Below are positions 10,968 to 23,000 of a stretch of DNA of 64,000 nucleotides, piece by piece; the first letter of the stretch is position 1; each line of letters begins with the position of its first letter. The DNA is from Minutocellus sp. GHC0000111 (lineage: Eukaryota): positions 2,852,001 to 2,916,000 of the forward strand of contig OZ361256.1 of the NCBI GenBank assembly GCA_977018835.1, in the 5' to 3' direction. Both the position numbers and the translations under genes were made by a program. Under the pieces are notes generated by a model, which worked only from the letters and a program-made list of their open reading frames with translations, made no database searches and was not told the DNA's origin.

Positions 10968-12941
10968 ATGGGCTCCCCTCCGCCCATTCTCGAGGCCGTA
11001 CTGTCCGCTGTGGTATATGCAGCCGCAATAGTTGCGACGGTTCGGGCTGGATCCCGGGCCACGTACATGCTCACCCACAGCGGCGACAGCGGCTCCGATG
11101 GCGGCGGCATGGGCATGGTCGATGGTCCGCTCATTCTGGGTCCTGCCGACGTGGAAAGGAGAAAGAGGGAGCTGGTCGCGTCTGACGTGGACTGGCTCGA
11201 CTACGTTGAGGAGAAGGATGGTGCCGGTGGCTTCGAGGTATCACCACTCTGGGAATCGTCATTTGGCTTCCAGCAGGCGGTACGTTTGGCGATGCATGTT
11301 GGAGGAGCCCGTGATGGTGCACGCAATGGCCATCGTTATCGTCCGCCGGATACTTGCGGTGAATGGATGGGAAAGATTCGCTATGCATCGGTTGATGCCG
11401 ATATAGCAAATGGTGGCAGTGGCTCTACCAGGGGGCAAAAGAAGGGAATTGTGTCGCAAATACTTGCTGGGAAGGAGGATGCCGTCCCCTACTCATTGTC
11501 TCCTCGTCCTGTCGTCAAGCCTAAACCAGGAATTGGCAATAATGGAGAAACAAAAGACAATCGGATGCGCCTGACATTTGATTGGCACAAAGGTACCGCG
11601 TCGTGGGGCGCTGGCACTGACAATGCAAATCGGAAGAGGGGCAACGGAATATTGAAGTTGTTTACCAGAGGGAGCAACGATGATAGGTCACTCGATTTCA
11701 ATTTGATGGTATCGTCCAGGGTTGATATCCCATCAAGCTCAGATGTTGGAGAAGATCATAAAGATGGCGGCACCTCAATTTCTGGTGAACAATGCAATCG
11801 AATAGCCCACGTATCGGTCTACGCCCCAACTGCCTTTGCCAAATTACGTCGAATGTTCGGCATTACAGAGTCCGAATACCTCAAATCCATTATGAAGCAA
11901 TACGTTTCGTTCCAGAGCAATTCCAAGGGAGCAGCTCGGGCGGGGCTCTTCTTTTTCTTTACGAGGGATGGGGCATACATGATCAAAACCATCAAGGGGG
12001 ATGAAGCCAAGACGGTGAGCAAAATGCTGCCAAAATACTACAGGTTCATGAAACGGAATGCCAAGCGATCGCTGCTGACGAGATTTTGTGGTATGTATTC
12101 AGTCAAGGTTACCACTAAATCCTCCTCCGTGGATGGAGATGGCGATAATTATGATTATGGCAGTGATAGCAAGGAGAAGGAACATGTATTTATTGTGATG
12201 AATGCGGTATTTCCGGCCGAATCGTCGAAATTCATATCGGAACGATTCGACTTGAAAGGGTCGACGGTTGGGAGAGAGTGCAGTTTGAAAGAAAGGGAGG
12301 AGAAGGGCCCCAATGCTGTATTGAAAGATCTGGATCTGGCCCGAGAGGTCGGTGCCGATGCAGAGGAGCAATCCACGATGGATGAACCAACATATGGGAT
12401 CAACATTGGAAGTCGAAGAAAGGCAGCCATGTTGGAACAGCTACGACGAGATGTGGGCCTGCTGGAAGAATGCCAAGTTATGGACTACTCCCTCCTGGTT
12501 GGGGTGGTTCGGAACAAGGACGATCCTAAGAGCATATTGAATCGTCAGCAAAGGCCAAATTCGCCGTTGCCGTTCGGTCTATTGAATCTAAGGGAAGACA
12601 GTCCGATCGAGCGGATAATTTCGTCTCCTGTAGGGAGAAAAATACACGGAATGATTGATACAGCTCTTTGGTGGATGTTGCCCAATTCCATGCCCTATTA
12701 TGGCGCCGGTGTCTGTGGCGTTGATGGCGGTGCCCTATCGGTCATACCGGGGAGACGAGCGGGACATCGAGCCGTCTATTACATGGGAATTATCGATTTC
12801 TTACAGCCGTGGACATGGAAGAAGGTGATGGAAAATGAAATGAAGGGCCTGCTTGGCTACAATACGAAGGCAATCAGCTGTGTCTCACCGAAAGACTACG
12901 CAGCACGTTTCTTGGACTTTATAGATGCCCATGTAACATAA
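10968..12941 (+). CDS. Phosphatidylinositol-4-phosphate 5-kinase family protein
   Basis: YAPTAFAKLR, FFFFTRDGAYMIKT, SLLTRFCG, RFDLKGS, LKDLD, MDYSLL, YYMGIIDFLQ, ISCVSPKDYAARF. Confidence 0.92.
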   Translation: MGSPPPILEAVLSAVVYAAAIVATVRAGSRATYMLTHSGDSGSDGGGMGMVDGPLILGPADVERRKRELVASDVDWLDYVEEKDGAGGFEVSPLWESSFGFQQAVRLAMHVGGARDGARNGHRYRPPDTCGEWMGKIRYASVDADIANGGSGSTRGQKKGIVSQILAGKEDAVPYSLSPRPVVKPKPGIGNNGETKDNRMRLTFDWHKGTASWGAGTDNANRKRGNGILKLFTRGSNDDRSLDFNLMVSSRVDIPSSSDVGEDHKDGGTSISGEQCNRIAHVSVYAPTAFAKLRRMFGITESEYLKSIMKQYVSFQSNSKGAARAGLFFFFTRDGAYMIKTIKGDEAKTVSKMLPKYYRFMKRNAKRSLLTRFCGMYSVKVTTKSSSVDGDGDNYDYGSDSKEKEHVFIVMNAVFPAESSKFISERFDLKGSTVGRECSLKEREEKGPNAVLKDLDLAREVGADAEEQSTMDEPTYGINIGSRRKAAMLEQLRRDVGLLEECQVMDYSLLVGVVRNKDDPKSILNRQQRPNSPLPFGLLNLREDSPIERIISSPVGRKIHGMIDTALWWMLPNSMPYYGAGVCGVDGGALSVIPGRRAGHRAVYYMGIIDFLQPWTWKKVMENEMKGLLGYNTKAISCVSPKDYAARFLDFIDAHVT

Positions 12942-13179
12942 TTCTCTACTAGGCGAGACTAGCTAGCTAGGTCGCTAGTAAGATCATTGTTCATCAATAA
13001 GATTTTATGTAAGTATATGCCCACCGTCCTCATAAGCACGGCTACTTCATAAGTCTACAAGTCGCTATCTGGACAGGGCAATTGCATCGTTGGTGATGGT
13101 GATATAAACACGAAGAATACAAGAACTTGAGTTCATAATGAAACAATATCGATTGCTGAGAAAATCATCTGGACTTATC

Positions 13180-15499
13180 CTAATCCTCTTTCGCTGCAGC
13201 CGCTTCCTTTTGCCTTTCCTTCTTTTCCTTGTTCTTCTGCACCGCTTTCCGGACCTTCTCGCGGTGGTTCGCAAGGAGCTCCTGCTTCTCCTCGAAGGTG
13301 TCAGCAGCATCGAATTTCTTTTTGATTGCCTTCGGACACTTGAACTCAGGATCCTTGACTTCATCCAGGCTGCCCTTTTCGTTGCCGTTCTTATCCTTCT
13401 GAGGCTTCTTGGCTGCTTTCGGCTTGGAAGCCTCTTCGTCATCTTCGTCGGTGGAGGATTTCTTTCTCTTCTTGCCAGAAGCATCCTTTTTGGTGGACGC
13501 AGCCTTCTTCTTTTTGCTCTTGGGCTTCTCGAAGTCATCATCCGAGCTCATATCATCGGCATCGTCGGCTTCAGCTGCGGCGGCAGCGGCCTTCTTGCTC
13601 GAATCCTTCTTGGCGGAAGACTTGGTGCTCGAGGATTTTTTGCGCTTCTTGGCGGCGGGCTTCTTGCTCGAAGATTTCTCTTGAGATTCGTCATCGTCGT
13701 CGCTGCCATCGGAAGCGTTGCTCTCATCCTCTGCGGAATTCTCCTTGGTGGCAGCAGCTTCGGCCTCAGCCTTTCGCTTCTTCGCACGTTCGGTCTTACG
13801 CTGCCGCTTGAGGTAGGCGAGGAACATGGACCACTTCTCCTCATTTGAGAACTTGCCCTTGCTGAATTCACTCTTGAGCTTGGGAGGGAATTTGAATCCC
13901 TCCGGAGCCTCCGTCAGACTCTCCCACTGCTCGAATTTCTGAGCATTGGGAGAAGTGATATCATAGGAAGCCTTCGCCTTTGACTTGGGGGTACTGGGGG
14001 CCTTCTTCTTGGTCGAAGCACCTGCGGCAGTAGAGGAGTCATTATCATCATCGCCACCACCATCAAGCACAATACCGGCCTTGGAGAGGGCCTTTTGCAG
14101 AATATCCTTGCCGATTTCGCCCAGGGTGTGCACCCTGTCAGCAGTTACAGGCACATTCGAGATTGCTGCATCTTGGTCCTTCTTCGGCAGCTTTAAGAAC
14201 TTGGCCTGAAGCATATCGATCTCCTTCTTTTCCTCTGCTCTCTTCGCGGCCTGGCTCATATGCTTGGGTTTCGCCTGTGGCTTCCCGGCGGCTGCGGTAG
14301 TAGCGGCATTGGCAGCCGGCGCATCCTTCTTGCTGGAGGCTGAAGCCTTGCTGGTATCCGTAGCCTTGCCAGCCTTCTTCTCCGATGCCTTCTTCGTGAC
14401 AGTCTTGGCCTTGGCTTTGGACTTCTTTTCGGTAGGCTCCGTGGCAGGCTCGTCGGCGGACTTGTCGGTCGAATCCTTCTTGGAATTGTAGGCCTCCATC
14501 TCCTTCTGGTAGCGTTCCTTGTCTTGGGCGGCCAAATCCTCGTAGCACTTCCTCTCGTTATCGGAGAGCCCTCTCCAGGCTTCACCGAGCTTCTTGGCCA
14601 CGTCGGATACAGAAGCCTCCTTATCCGCTTCCTTAATCTTGGCTCGATTAGCACTTGAATAGTGCATGTATGCATTCATTGCTCTCTTCGGGGCGTTGGG
14701 GTCTTTCCCCTTCTTGCCGGCGGCCTTGGGCTTAGTAGTAGCAGGAGCAGGAGCAGCAGGCTTCTCGGGAGTACCCCCCTTGTCCTTATCCAAATCAGCA
14801 GGAGCCTCAGCGGACTTCTTCTTGGTAGCAGTCTTGTCCTTCTTCTTCTTCTTAGAGGCAGTAGTAGCGGTGGTAGTGGTGTCAGCTGAGACATCGGTGG
14901 CAGGCTTTGCAGGCGTACTAGTACTACTAGAGGCCTTGGTAGAGGCTTTGCCCGCCGCCGTAGCAGCAGCCGCAGCAGCAGGGGCAGGAACCGAGGCGGC
15001 CTTCTCCTTCGACTTCTTCTTGGTGGCCGACCGACCTTGGATGGCAACAATATCGGACCCCTTGAGGACCGCGGCCGTTCCAACGACCTCTGTCTTGATG
15101 GCGATGCCGGGGGTATTCCCTTCGTAGACCCTCAGAATCTTTGCAGGTTCCTCTTCATCCAACGCATAGCACATGGTGCCGACGTCGGTCGCCTTGAGGA
15201 AGCAATGGACCATTTTATGTTCATCGGCAAAGTCTTGGAAACCATCAAGTTCGCAACCAGGCATGACGGCAAAGGAGCTGGACCCATCGGAGCTCTTGAC
15301 GTACAACTCAATGGTGATGGAGGGGATGGTCTTGAGTGATCGCAGCTGGGACTTCATCTCGGCCATTTCCCTCTGGAAACGAACGATATGGACCACAAGG
15401 CACCTGTTGGGTCCATATACGAAACGAACAACAGCGTCTTGCTTCTTGAGGGCGGCCTTGGCGACTTCGGCGTGACGATTTGCCAGTTTGATCGCCCAT
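13180..15499 (-). CDS. Lys/Ala-rich HMG-box chromatin protein; possible +1 frameshift just after the start codon
   Basis: HMG box KDPNAPKRAMNAYMHY...KKLGEAWRGLS...DKERYQKEM. The frame is open up to about 15505 but has no upstream in-frame ATG. The ATG at 15499 is one base out of frame (ATGGGCG instead of ATGGCG). An alternative start lies at EMAEM. Confidence 0.75.
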
Positions 15500-15546
15500 T
15501 TTGCGGACTATCATTGCGAGGTTGAGACGAATGAATCAGCATCAAT

Positions 15547-15612
15547 GGTGGTGAGTATGGTTGGTACAATTGTGGAGATATCGGTGGTGAGTATGGTGGG
15601 TACATTGTGGAG
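15547..15612. repeat. Imperfect direct repeat, 2 x about 31 bp, upstream of the HMG gene
   Basis: ggtggtgagtatggt(t/g)ggtaca(a)ttgtggag at 15547 and 15583. Confidence 0.85.
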
Positions 15613-15920
15613 GTATCGAAATGAGAAAGATATGGGAAAGATATGGTTCGGTTCGGTCAATTTCCACGCTAAATTGAGAACACGATCAATAATCCAACGC
15701 ATATTTATTTATGTGCAGATGAGTCGATCGCACGAGAGATAATGATCATCATTCAATGGGCATGATACCATCCAATGTGCACATGCCATTGCTCTCTGCC
15801 TGACGGATTGATTGAGGCGGACCGGTCGACCGGTCGAGAAAGATACAAGGTGTCAACAAATAAATCAACGTACCATCGCGTTCACCGACGACGCCTTGAG
15901 TTCCTCTGGACTGCTATGTC

Positions 15921-16030
15921 CCGGCCCTTTCGCCGGCAGCAGTGTCTCAGCTTCATCCAGCGTCGGGGCCGGCCCTTTCGCCGGCAGCAGTGTCTCAGCT
16001 TCATCCAGCGTCGGGGCGGGGCCCTTCGCT
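15921..16030. repeat. 48-bp tandem repeat, 2 exact copies plus a partial third
   Basis: ccggccctttcgccggcagcagtgtctcagcttcatccagcgtcgggg at 15921 and 15969. It reads AKGPAPTLDEAETLLP on the minus strand. Confidence 0.9.
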
Positions 16031-16541
16031 TTTGCGCCCTCTCCAGAGAGAGATAGCTTGGCTAACATTGTTCTGGTTGGGAGGGGTTTGATGTGATTGA
16101 TTTATTCGTTGTGGCGTGGGTGGGTGTGGCGTGGGTGGTGTGGAAAAGTTCTCTTGTTGAGGACGGAAGTTTATGTGCCGGCCGCGTGCGTGTGTCATGT
16201 GGCAGTGAAAATTTATCGCGAGCCAGCCAGCCACAGTCAAAACGCCTCGCGCAATTACTCGTACAAAATTACGTAGTGCAGCAGCTGCGCGGGGCTTCTG
16301 TTGGAAGGCCCGAGCCTGCCGGGCATTCTTTTATCGGGATTTACCCTGCTTGCGAAAGCGGTTCGAAGAAAGACACCCGGATCAATACATTGTTAAATGA
16401 CTGTGCCGGACCGGCACTAGATCTAGATCTACGTAGTAGTACTAGATCTAGATCCACACCCAAACATTCGTAGCAGAACATCTGAACATGTGCATTGTAG
16501 CCGCACTTGCTGCATCGATCAGTCAGTGTTGACCAAAATTA

Positions 16542-19500
16542 CCTTTCGGTTTCAGAGGATTTGTAGAGGGTATACCAATAACCCCTAAAAAAGGTCATTC
16601 TTGCACCCATTTCTCATTTCCCACCACGTGTTTTTTGTTAGTCGATGTTCTCTTCGGGAGGAACGCAAACACTCCTCAACTCGTGGATGTCTGCTGGACC
16701 TGCTCATTCAGTAGGTTGCCACCGACCAGTAGTATCCACTGAATTCGCAGGTCCAGCAGATTCTGGCAGGAGCACACACATTTTTTGGTCCCCCGCACAC
16801 CCTCACCGCAACCCGCAAATTTTGTGACGATGACGACGACCAACCAGACCACGCCCAAAAAATACAAACGCAGCAGAACTTCGTTCTCAGGGAGCAAGAG
16901 AGGCAACACCAAGGCATCCAGGAAGGCGGCAAAGGCGGCAGCTGAGCCGAAAACACCATCGCCGAGCGCAAACACGTCGAAGAAGCGGCCACGGTCAAAT
17001 TCGCCCGCCAAACCGTCACCGTCGTCGGCGAAGAAGAGGACGGCCCCTCCTCCTATCCCCATGGCCTTTCTCCTTGCAGCAGATGTCATTCGAAGGGCTG
17101 GTAAGGATCTGTGGTGGAGGAGAGTAACCCCCGATTCCTGCGGCAAAGATGACATTTGTGTTGGTTCTCGGCAGAAATGGGAAGACGTCCTCCCTGCTTT
17201 CATCGAGGCCGACTTGTTGCGTTCCAAGTCCGTCGGTGGAGGAAAGTATGAGCTACAGTACAACGAGGAAAAATGGAAGGATGTGCAGCAACATCTCAAG
17301 GAGCATTGTAGTTTGAAGTTGCACTTGTCGACGTGTCGGCCGAGAGGGAAGACAAGACGCAGGGCGCTTTATGTTTGTGCTCACAGGTTGCGTAAAAAGA
17401 AGGAGGACAACCACCCGAAATTCTCTGGACCGGAGGGACAGAAGGTGCACGAGAAAAGAAATCCCGATGAAGTTCTGTTCTCTGGGCGCTCGACTGTCTT
17501 AGCTACTAAGCTAGGTGAGAGGTTGTCAGCTCACAGAAAGGAGGTACAGTCAGCGCATTGCGAAGCAAGAGCAAAATCACTAGTCGACGAGGCCAAGAAA
17601 CTGGGTTGGATGCCAGCAAGTCTCCTCAGCATGCTGAAGGGAACTGGTGATACTTCCGCCACTGAAGCAGCTGCAGCCTCCCCCAATGATGAAGGTTTAG
17701 GAGGAGCCGATGCTTCCGTTGTCTGTGCCACCTCCAGTGACATTGATGAACAGGTAAAGGTCGCTCTCGGCCTCGACTTTGTTGTTCGGATGGCCAACGA
17801 TGACATGCTCCGTCCTCCTCGTCCCAATGCAACCGTCACCGAACCAATACCAATCAGAAAAGAAAAGCAGGCGAATGAAAGAATGCGGTTCAGCGCCGTG
17901 GCTCTCGCGGATTGGTGGGGATGCGGCGACCCAACTCGCACGTGTGAAGACCGGCAACAAATTGCAACTGCCGCGTGTCGGCAAGTTGCGTACGATCACG
18001 GTTATGCCAAGTCAACCGGTGGTTCTCAGCTTTACAAGTGGAGAGACCAGCTCTACAAAAGCCTTACTGATGGCATCAGCAATCCCATCGGCAGAAAGGA
18101 GGTTCGTGGAAGGAAGGCACACACGGACATGATCGAGGAGAAGGAGCCAGGACATCTCCGCGAGCTGTATCGGCATGCTGCTCGGATGAAGGGTGCGATG
18201 GCAACCTTTAAGGAGCTAGCTGACTGTATGAGCGCAAAATCAGCTACTCCAGATGAAGATAGGCTGACAATTAGTCTCCATCGTCTTCAGCTTTTTCGGT
18301 GGTGGAAAAAGCAAGGCGGTGAGGAGAAGTCGTCGATCGAGAAGCCGAGGCTCACCCCCGAACACTGCAGGACTTGATTGGATCGAAAAGTGGGAGGACA
18401 TTACGACCGATCCCAACATTCCTGTAGCGTGTCTTGATGAAAAGTGGTTTTACACTGCTACTCGGCGACGAAAGATCAAGATGTTGCCACTTTCTGACGA
18501 AGAACTAAGCAGTCCGAACCTCGCGTCTGTCCATGCTTCCGAGGCAAGCCCGAAAATTCGATCCAGAAGACACCCTGTCAAAGTTGTGTATCTTGGAGTT
18601 GTTGGCCGACCAATGAAGGATGAAACCAAAGACGTTGATTTCAATGGGCGCATCATGATCAAGAGAGTCGCCAGGGAGCAGAAGGTGGAAAAGCTTACGC
18701 GTAATCAGAAGGTCGACGATGCGCTAAAAAATGACAAAGATTGGCGCGACATTTACGACGAGAATGCTGACATGACCGCCGGCCATCTTTGCGACCACAT
18801 TGCCGAAATCTACGGCCTTTCTGAGTTTGTTACAGAGCGATTGGAACTTCAATACGAGGACCATAAATCCGACGGTCAGGCAAAAAGTCGCAAGCATGCC
18901 GCTGTTGGCTACAATCAAAAGATCTCGAGTCTCAAGCGACACACTCCTGATAGCAATGGAGAGAAGGTGAAGGTTGAGATCGACGACCTTGAGCTCGGGG
19001 TGCGGTATCAACGGGGCGATAAGGTTACCAAGGACTGTAGCTGCGACTCCAAATGGATGTTGGAGACTGTGAATGAGGTCGGGAAGGCGATTCGAGACGC
19101 ACATCATTGGGTGAAGTGGGATCCACAAAATATTCAGGAGTCTGATGTTGTTGCATGTCTTATGATGGACAATGCCGGCGGTCATGGGTCCAATGAAGCA
19201 GTTGAGAAGTACACCGAGGACCTCAAAAACAAATATAAGATTGAGATAATCCAGCAGGTTCCTCGGTCGCCCGAGACAAATGTTCTTGATCTCGGCATCT
19301 GGATGTCTTTGCAGTCGGCCGTCGAAAAGGAGCATCGCGGTCAGAAGAATGATGCGAATGCTCTTGACAAGACTGTGATGAAAGTATGGGCCAATGTCGC
19401 ATCAAAAGAGGCCTTTCTCAATGTATTTGGAAAACTTCCAGTGATGCATAACAACATCAAGAGAAGTCGTGGCGGTAACAATCTTGTGGAGACCAGACGG

Positions 19501-19764
19501 GGAAAGGCTGGTCTCGCAAAAATTGCCGAGGAAGAAGCTGAAGAGGATGGTGAACCACTCTGGCCAATTGATGCTCCCGGCGAAGATGGTGACATTGAGG
19601 ACGACATAGATGAAAATGATGAAGACGATGGAGTCATTGATTTGCTATAACTTATCATAGCATGTCCATTTCTATTCATTACATTTTGATTTTTTTGGTG
19701 CTTCCAAAAATGTAGAGAGTTGTGGTTCGCATGTCAATCAAATGGGAGAATTTGAGAAATGGGT
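16542..19764 (+). mobile_element. Defective IS630-Tc1-mariner DNA transposon, DD39D (PlantMar-like)
   Basis: Begins after TA (16540-16541) with CCTTTCGGTTTC. The same end occurs after TA at 34369. Inverted repeat ACCCATTTCTCA at 16605-16616 and TGAGAAATGGGT at 19753-19764. The outer part of the right end is not present. Confidence 0.8.
16830..19650 (+). pseudogene. DD39D transposase (about 940 aa) with one frameshift near 18370
   Basis: Catalytic motifs LDEKWFY (D at 18436), MDNAGGHG (D at 19168) and PRSPETNVLDLG (D at 19288), with exactly 39 aa between the second and third D. ORFs 16785-18377 and 18319-19650 join at KPRLTPEHCR / LDWIEKW. Confidence 0.88.
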
Positions 19765-20093
19765 CGCTGGCGCTCACGAGCTGGCTTGGTTAGTAGCTAG
19801 AAACTAAACACGAGAGGCAATGGAATCAGATATGACGAAGCGAAGGGAAGTGGTGCGTCGAAGTTGCAAATATCCTATTCGAAGATATGCTGCTTCGGCG
19901 TACTAAGCAATGGTCCAGAGTGGGCATAAGAATGGCGCATGAGATTTTGACGATTTTGACGATTTCTGCGGTCTTCCAGCATGGAGCTTGAGGACGCGAC
20001 GGCCAGACGGCCAGACCAGCTACTAGCTCGCTCGCTCTCTCATTTTTCGCTGTTCAGCCCTGTGACCTGTGACAAGCCCGGCATCCAGCAACC

Positions 20094-23000
20094 ATGCGTC
20101 GGGCCGAGCATCACTACGGCCTCTTTCCGCTTGCTCAGCGGCGGCCGTGGGCACGGCTCGATGTGCTGCCCTTTGCAATTGGTTATCTTTGTCTCATCCT
20201 CCTTGACCATAGCCAGCACAAACATGCATCATCAGCGGCGGCGAGCGGTGGCGGAGGCAATGGCAGTGATGGTTGGTGGACGAATTATCTGGCCGATGCC
20301 CTCCTCCCTCTGGCGATGCTTCTCCACGCGATGCTACGGCTGGCGTGCGTGTGGAATGTTAAAACACGGGCCAAGATTGGGTTCCAATCCTGCTCCAAGA
20401 GGGACGGTGGCTGGACCCATGTCTTGGTCGAACCACCTCCAAACAGTGGTGGCGGAGGGCCCGATATCGTGGAAATATCGAGGTCGGGATCTGATGGGAA
20501 TGACGTGGTGACTGTGGACTTTCGGCAGATCCGATTCCGTTGCTGTCTGGGAGCCAATGGAATCGACGAGGAGATGGATGGGATCTGGACGACAACGCCA
20601 GGCTCGGCTCCTGTTGGTGCCACCACTCCAACTGCGGCTGGCGATGCTGCAGCAGCAGTAGCAGCAGCTGACAAATTCCACACCCTCCACTTTCCCATCG
20701 ATCTGCCCCTCACCTTTTATGGTCAGTGGAGTGGTCATGGAGCGGCCGATTCCCTCTCGAGGGCTGCCAATCTGTATGGTACAAATAGTCATCCGATCCC
20801 AATCCCTCCCATATCGGCCCTCCTATCGCACCAGCTGCTTCAGCCATTCTTCCTCTTTCAGCTCCTCTGCGTCATGCTTTGGTCTCTCGACGAATACTGG
20901 TACTATGCCATCTTCACTCTGCTCATGCTCATCCTTTTCGAGTGGACCGTTGCTTTTAATCGTCTGAAGTCGTTGCAGCGATTGCGTGAAACGCTCCGAC
21001 CGCCGTTACAGCTTTGGGTCTACCGGTGCAAGGCGTGGGAGGCCATCATGAGCGATCAGTTGGTCGCGGGCGATATTGTGAGCATTGGAAGTAGTACTGG
21101 ACAACCAATGGCTAGAGTTGGACGTGGACGAAGGGGTAGGGCGCATGATCATGAGGGTGGAACTCATATGCCATGTGATATGCTTCTCCTTGGTGGAGGT
21201 GCAGTCGTCAATGAAGCTGTGCTCACGGGCGAATCGGTACCACAGATCAAGGAAGCAGTGGAAGGCTTGATCGTTCAGACTGGAGCTTCAAGTATTGCTG
21301 GTGGTTCTATTGATGATTCTTGTCGACTGGATATTGAGGATCCATCGCATAAGCGATCTGTATTGTTTGGTGGGACGATTCTCGTAAATCACACTCCACC
21401 GAGCCAAAATACGAATGGCGAGGCAAATGCCATCCCTTCGCCTCCCGATGGTGGATTGGTATCGATGGTATTACGGACGGGCTTCGATACCGTGCAAGGC
21501 GCTTTGCTGCGCAACATGGTTCACTCGACTGTGTCAGGTTCGGGCCAGACCGACGGCATCAACACCACAGACACCTACATATTCGTGTGCCTTCTACTTC
21601 TTTGTGCTTTTGGCAGTTCAATGATCGTCCTTGAGGAAGGTTGGTCCGACCCAACGAGAAACCGGTTCAAGCTTATTCTCCACGTTATCATCATTGTTAC
21701 CAGTGTCGTCCCACCGGAGTTGCCGATGGAGTTATCCCTTGCCGTCTCGACGTCGATATCAGATCTTGTATCTCGGTGCAAGGTGTACTGTACGGAACCT
21801 TGGCGGATACCAATGGCAGGGAAGGTCGATGTCTGTTGCTTTGATAAGGTGAGTAATTGTGGTGATATCTCTGCATGTGGTTATGATTGAAGCTCTGATT
21901 TGACTTTCTCAAATGTTGATTGCCTGCCCTCTCTTTTCTTCACGTGACAGACTGGAACCCTTACCAGCGACGAAATGATTCTCCGGGGCGTAAGGCTGAG
22001 CAGCAGTGACGGTGCGAGTGGTAGTGATGATAATAAAATTATTTGCGCAGATGGGACAGAGGCTGGAAGCAATGATGATTTGGCCGTACCAAAATCAGAG
22101 AATGCCTTGGACCTTATGGACGGCAATGTTGAAGAAGGAACAGGTGACGATAGAAGCGGCTACCACGAAATTCCATTGGAGACCCTTCGTGTGATGGTCG
22201 CGTGCCACGGTCTTGCCACACAACCATCACCCAAAACTCATGGAATGACGAGAGAGGTTATTGGCGATCCACTGGAAAAGGCGGTCTTGGATGGATGTGG
22301 TTGGCAACTTGTTCGAGAAAATATTGTTTCGCCGCCCTTGCCATCTGGGCCAAGTGATTTACAGAACCGTCCAACACCAATTAGAATCGTTCATCGGTAT
22401 GGATTTACCTCCAAGCTCCGGAGGATGTCAGTTTTGGCGACGGAGATGATTCACAATGGTGGTTCCACTCCCTCAGCATCAAGCGATATCTTTGTATTGA
22501 CAAAGGGGGCGCCTGAAACGATCAAATCGTTGCTGAAGCCAGACTCAATCCCATCCAACTATGATCAAGTCGCTCGGTACCACATGCGTTGTGGGCAACG
22601 AGTGCTTGCCTTGGCCTATCGAAAGACTGGCATCCCGCCGACCCTGATCAATCAGCTCAAGGAGAAAGAGAGATCACAGATTGAACGAGATTTGATCTTT
22701 GGTGGGTTGCTCGTACTAGACTGTCCACTGAAACCCGATTCAAGGCGGGTCATTAAGGAACTTCGTTCGACTGGACACCAATGCAAACTGATTACTGGAG
22801 ATGCAGCACTGACGGCCACTGAGGTGGCAAAACAGGTTGGGTTGGTTGGAAGTGGCCACAGGAAACCCAAAAAGGGCGAGAAAGCGATAGTCATGTACGA
22901 GATGAAAGAAATGAGGGCTGATAGTACCTTCGCCGGTGGCTTTGGCGGCAGAGATGACGAGGGTGGTGAGAATTTACCTCTTGCATCGTCGTCTGAATTT

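Noticed and set aside
16202..16216. 15-bp match GCAGTGAAAATTTAT to the LSU at about 32510-32525
   Set aside because: Several 15-mer coincidences are expected in 64 kb over two strands.
16605..19764. Treating CCCATTTCTCA as the true terminus (piggyBac-like CCC end)
   Set aside because: No TTAA or matching TA flanks, and the second copy shares 63 more bp out to a TA.
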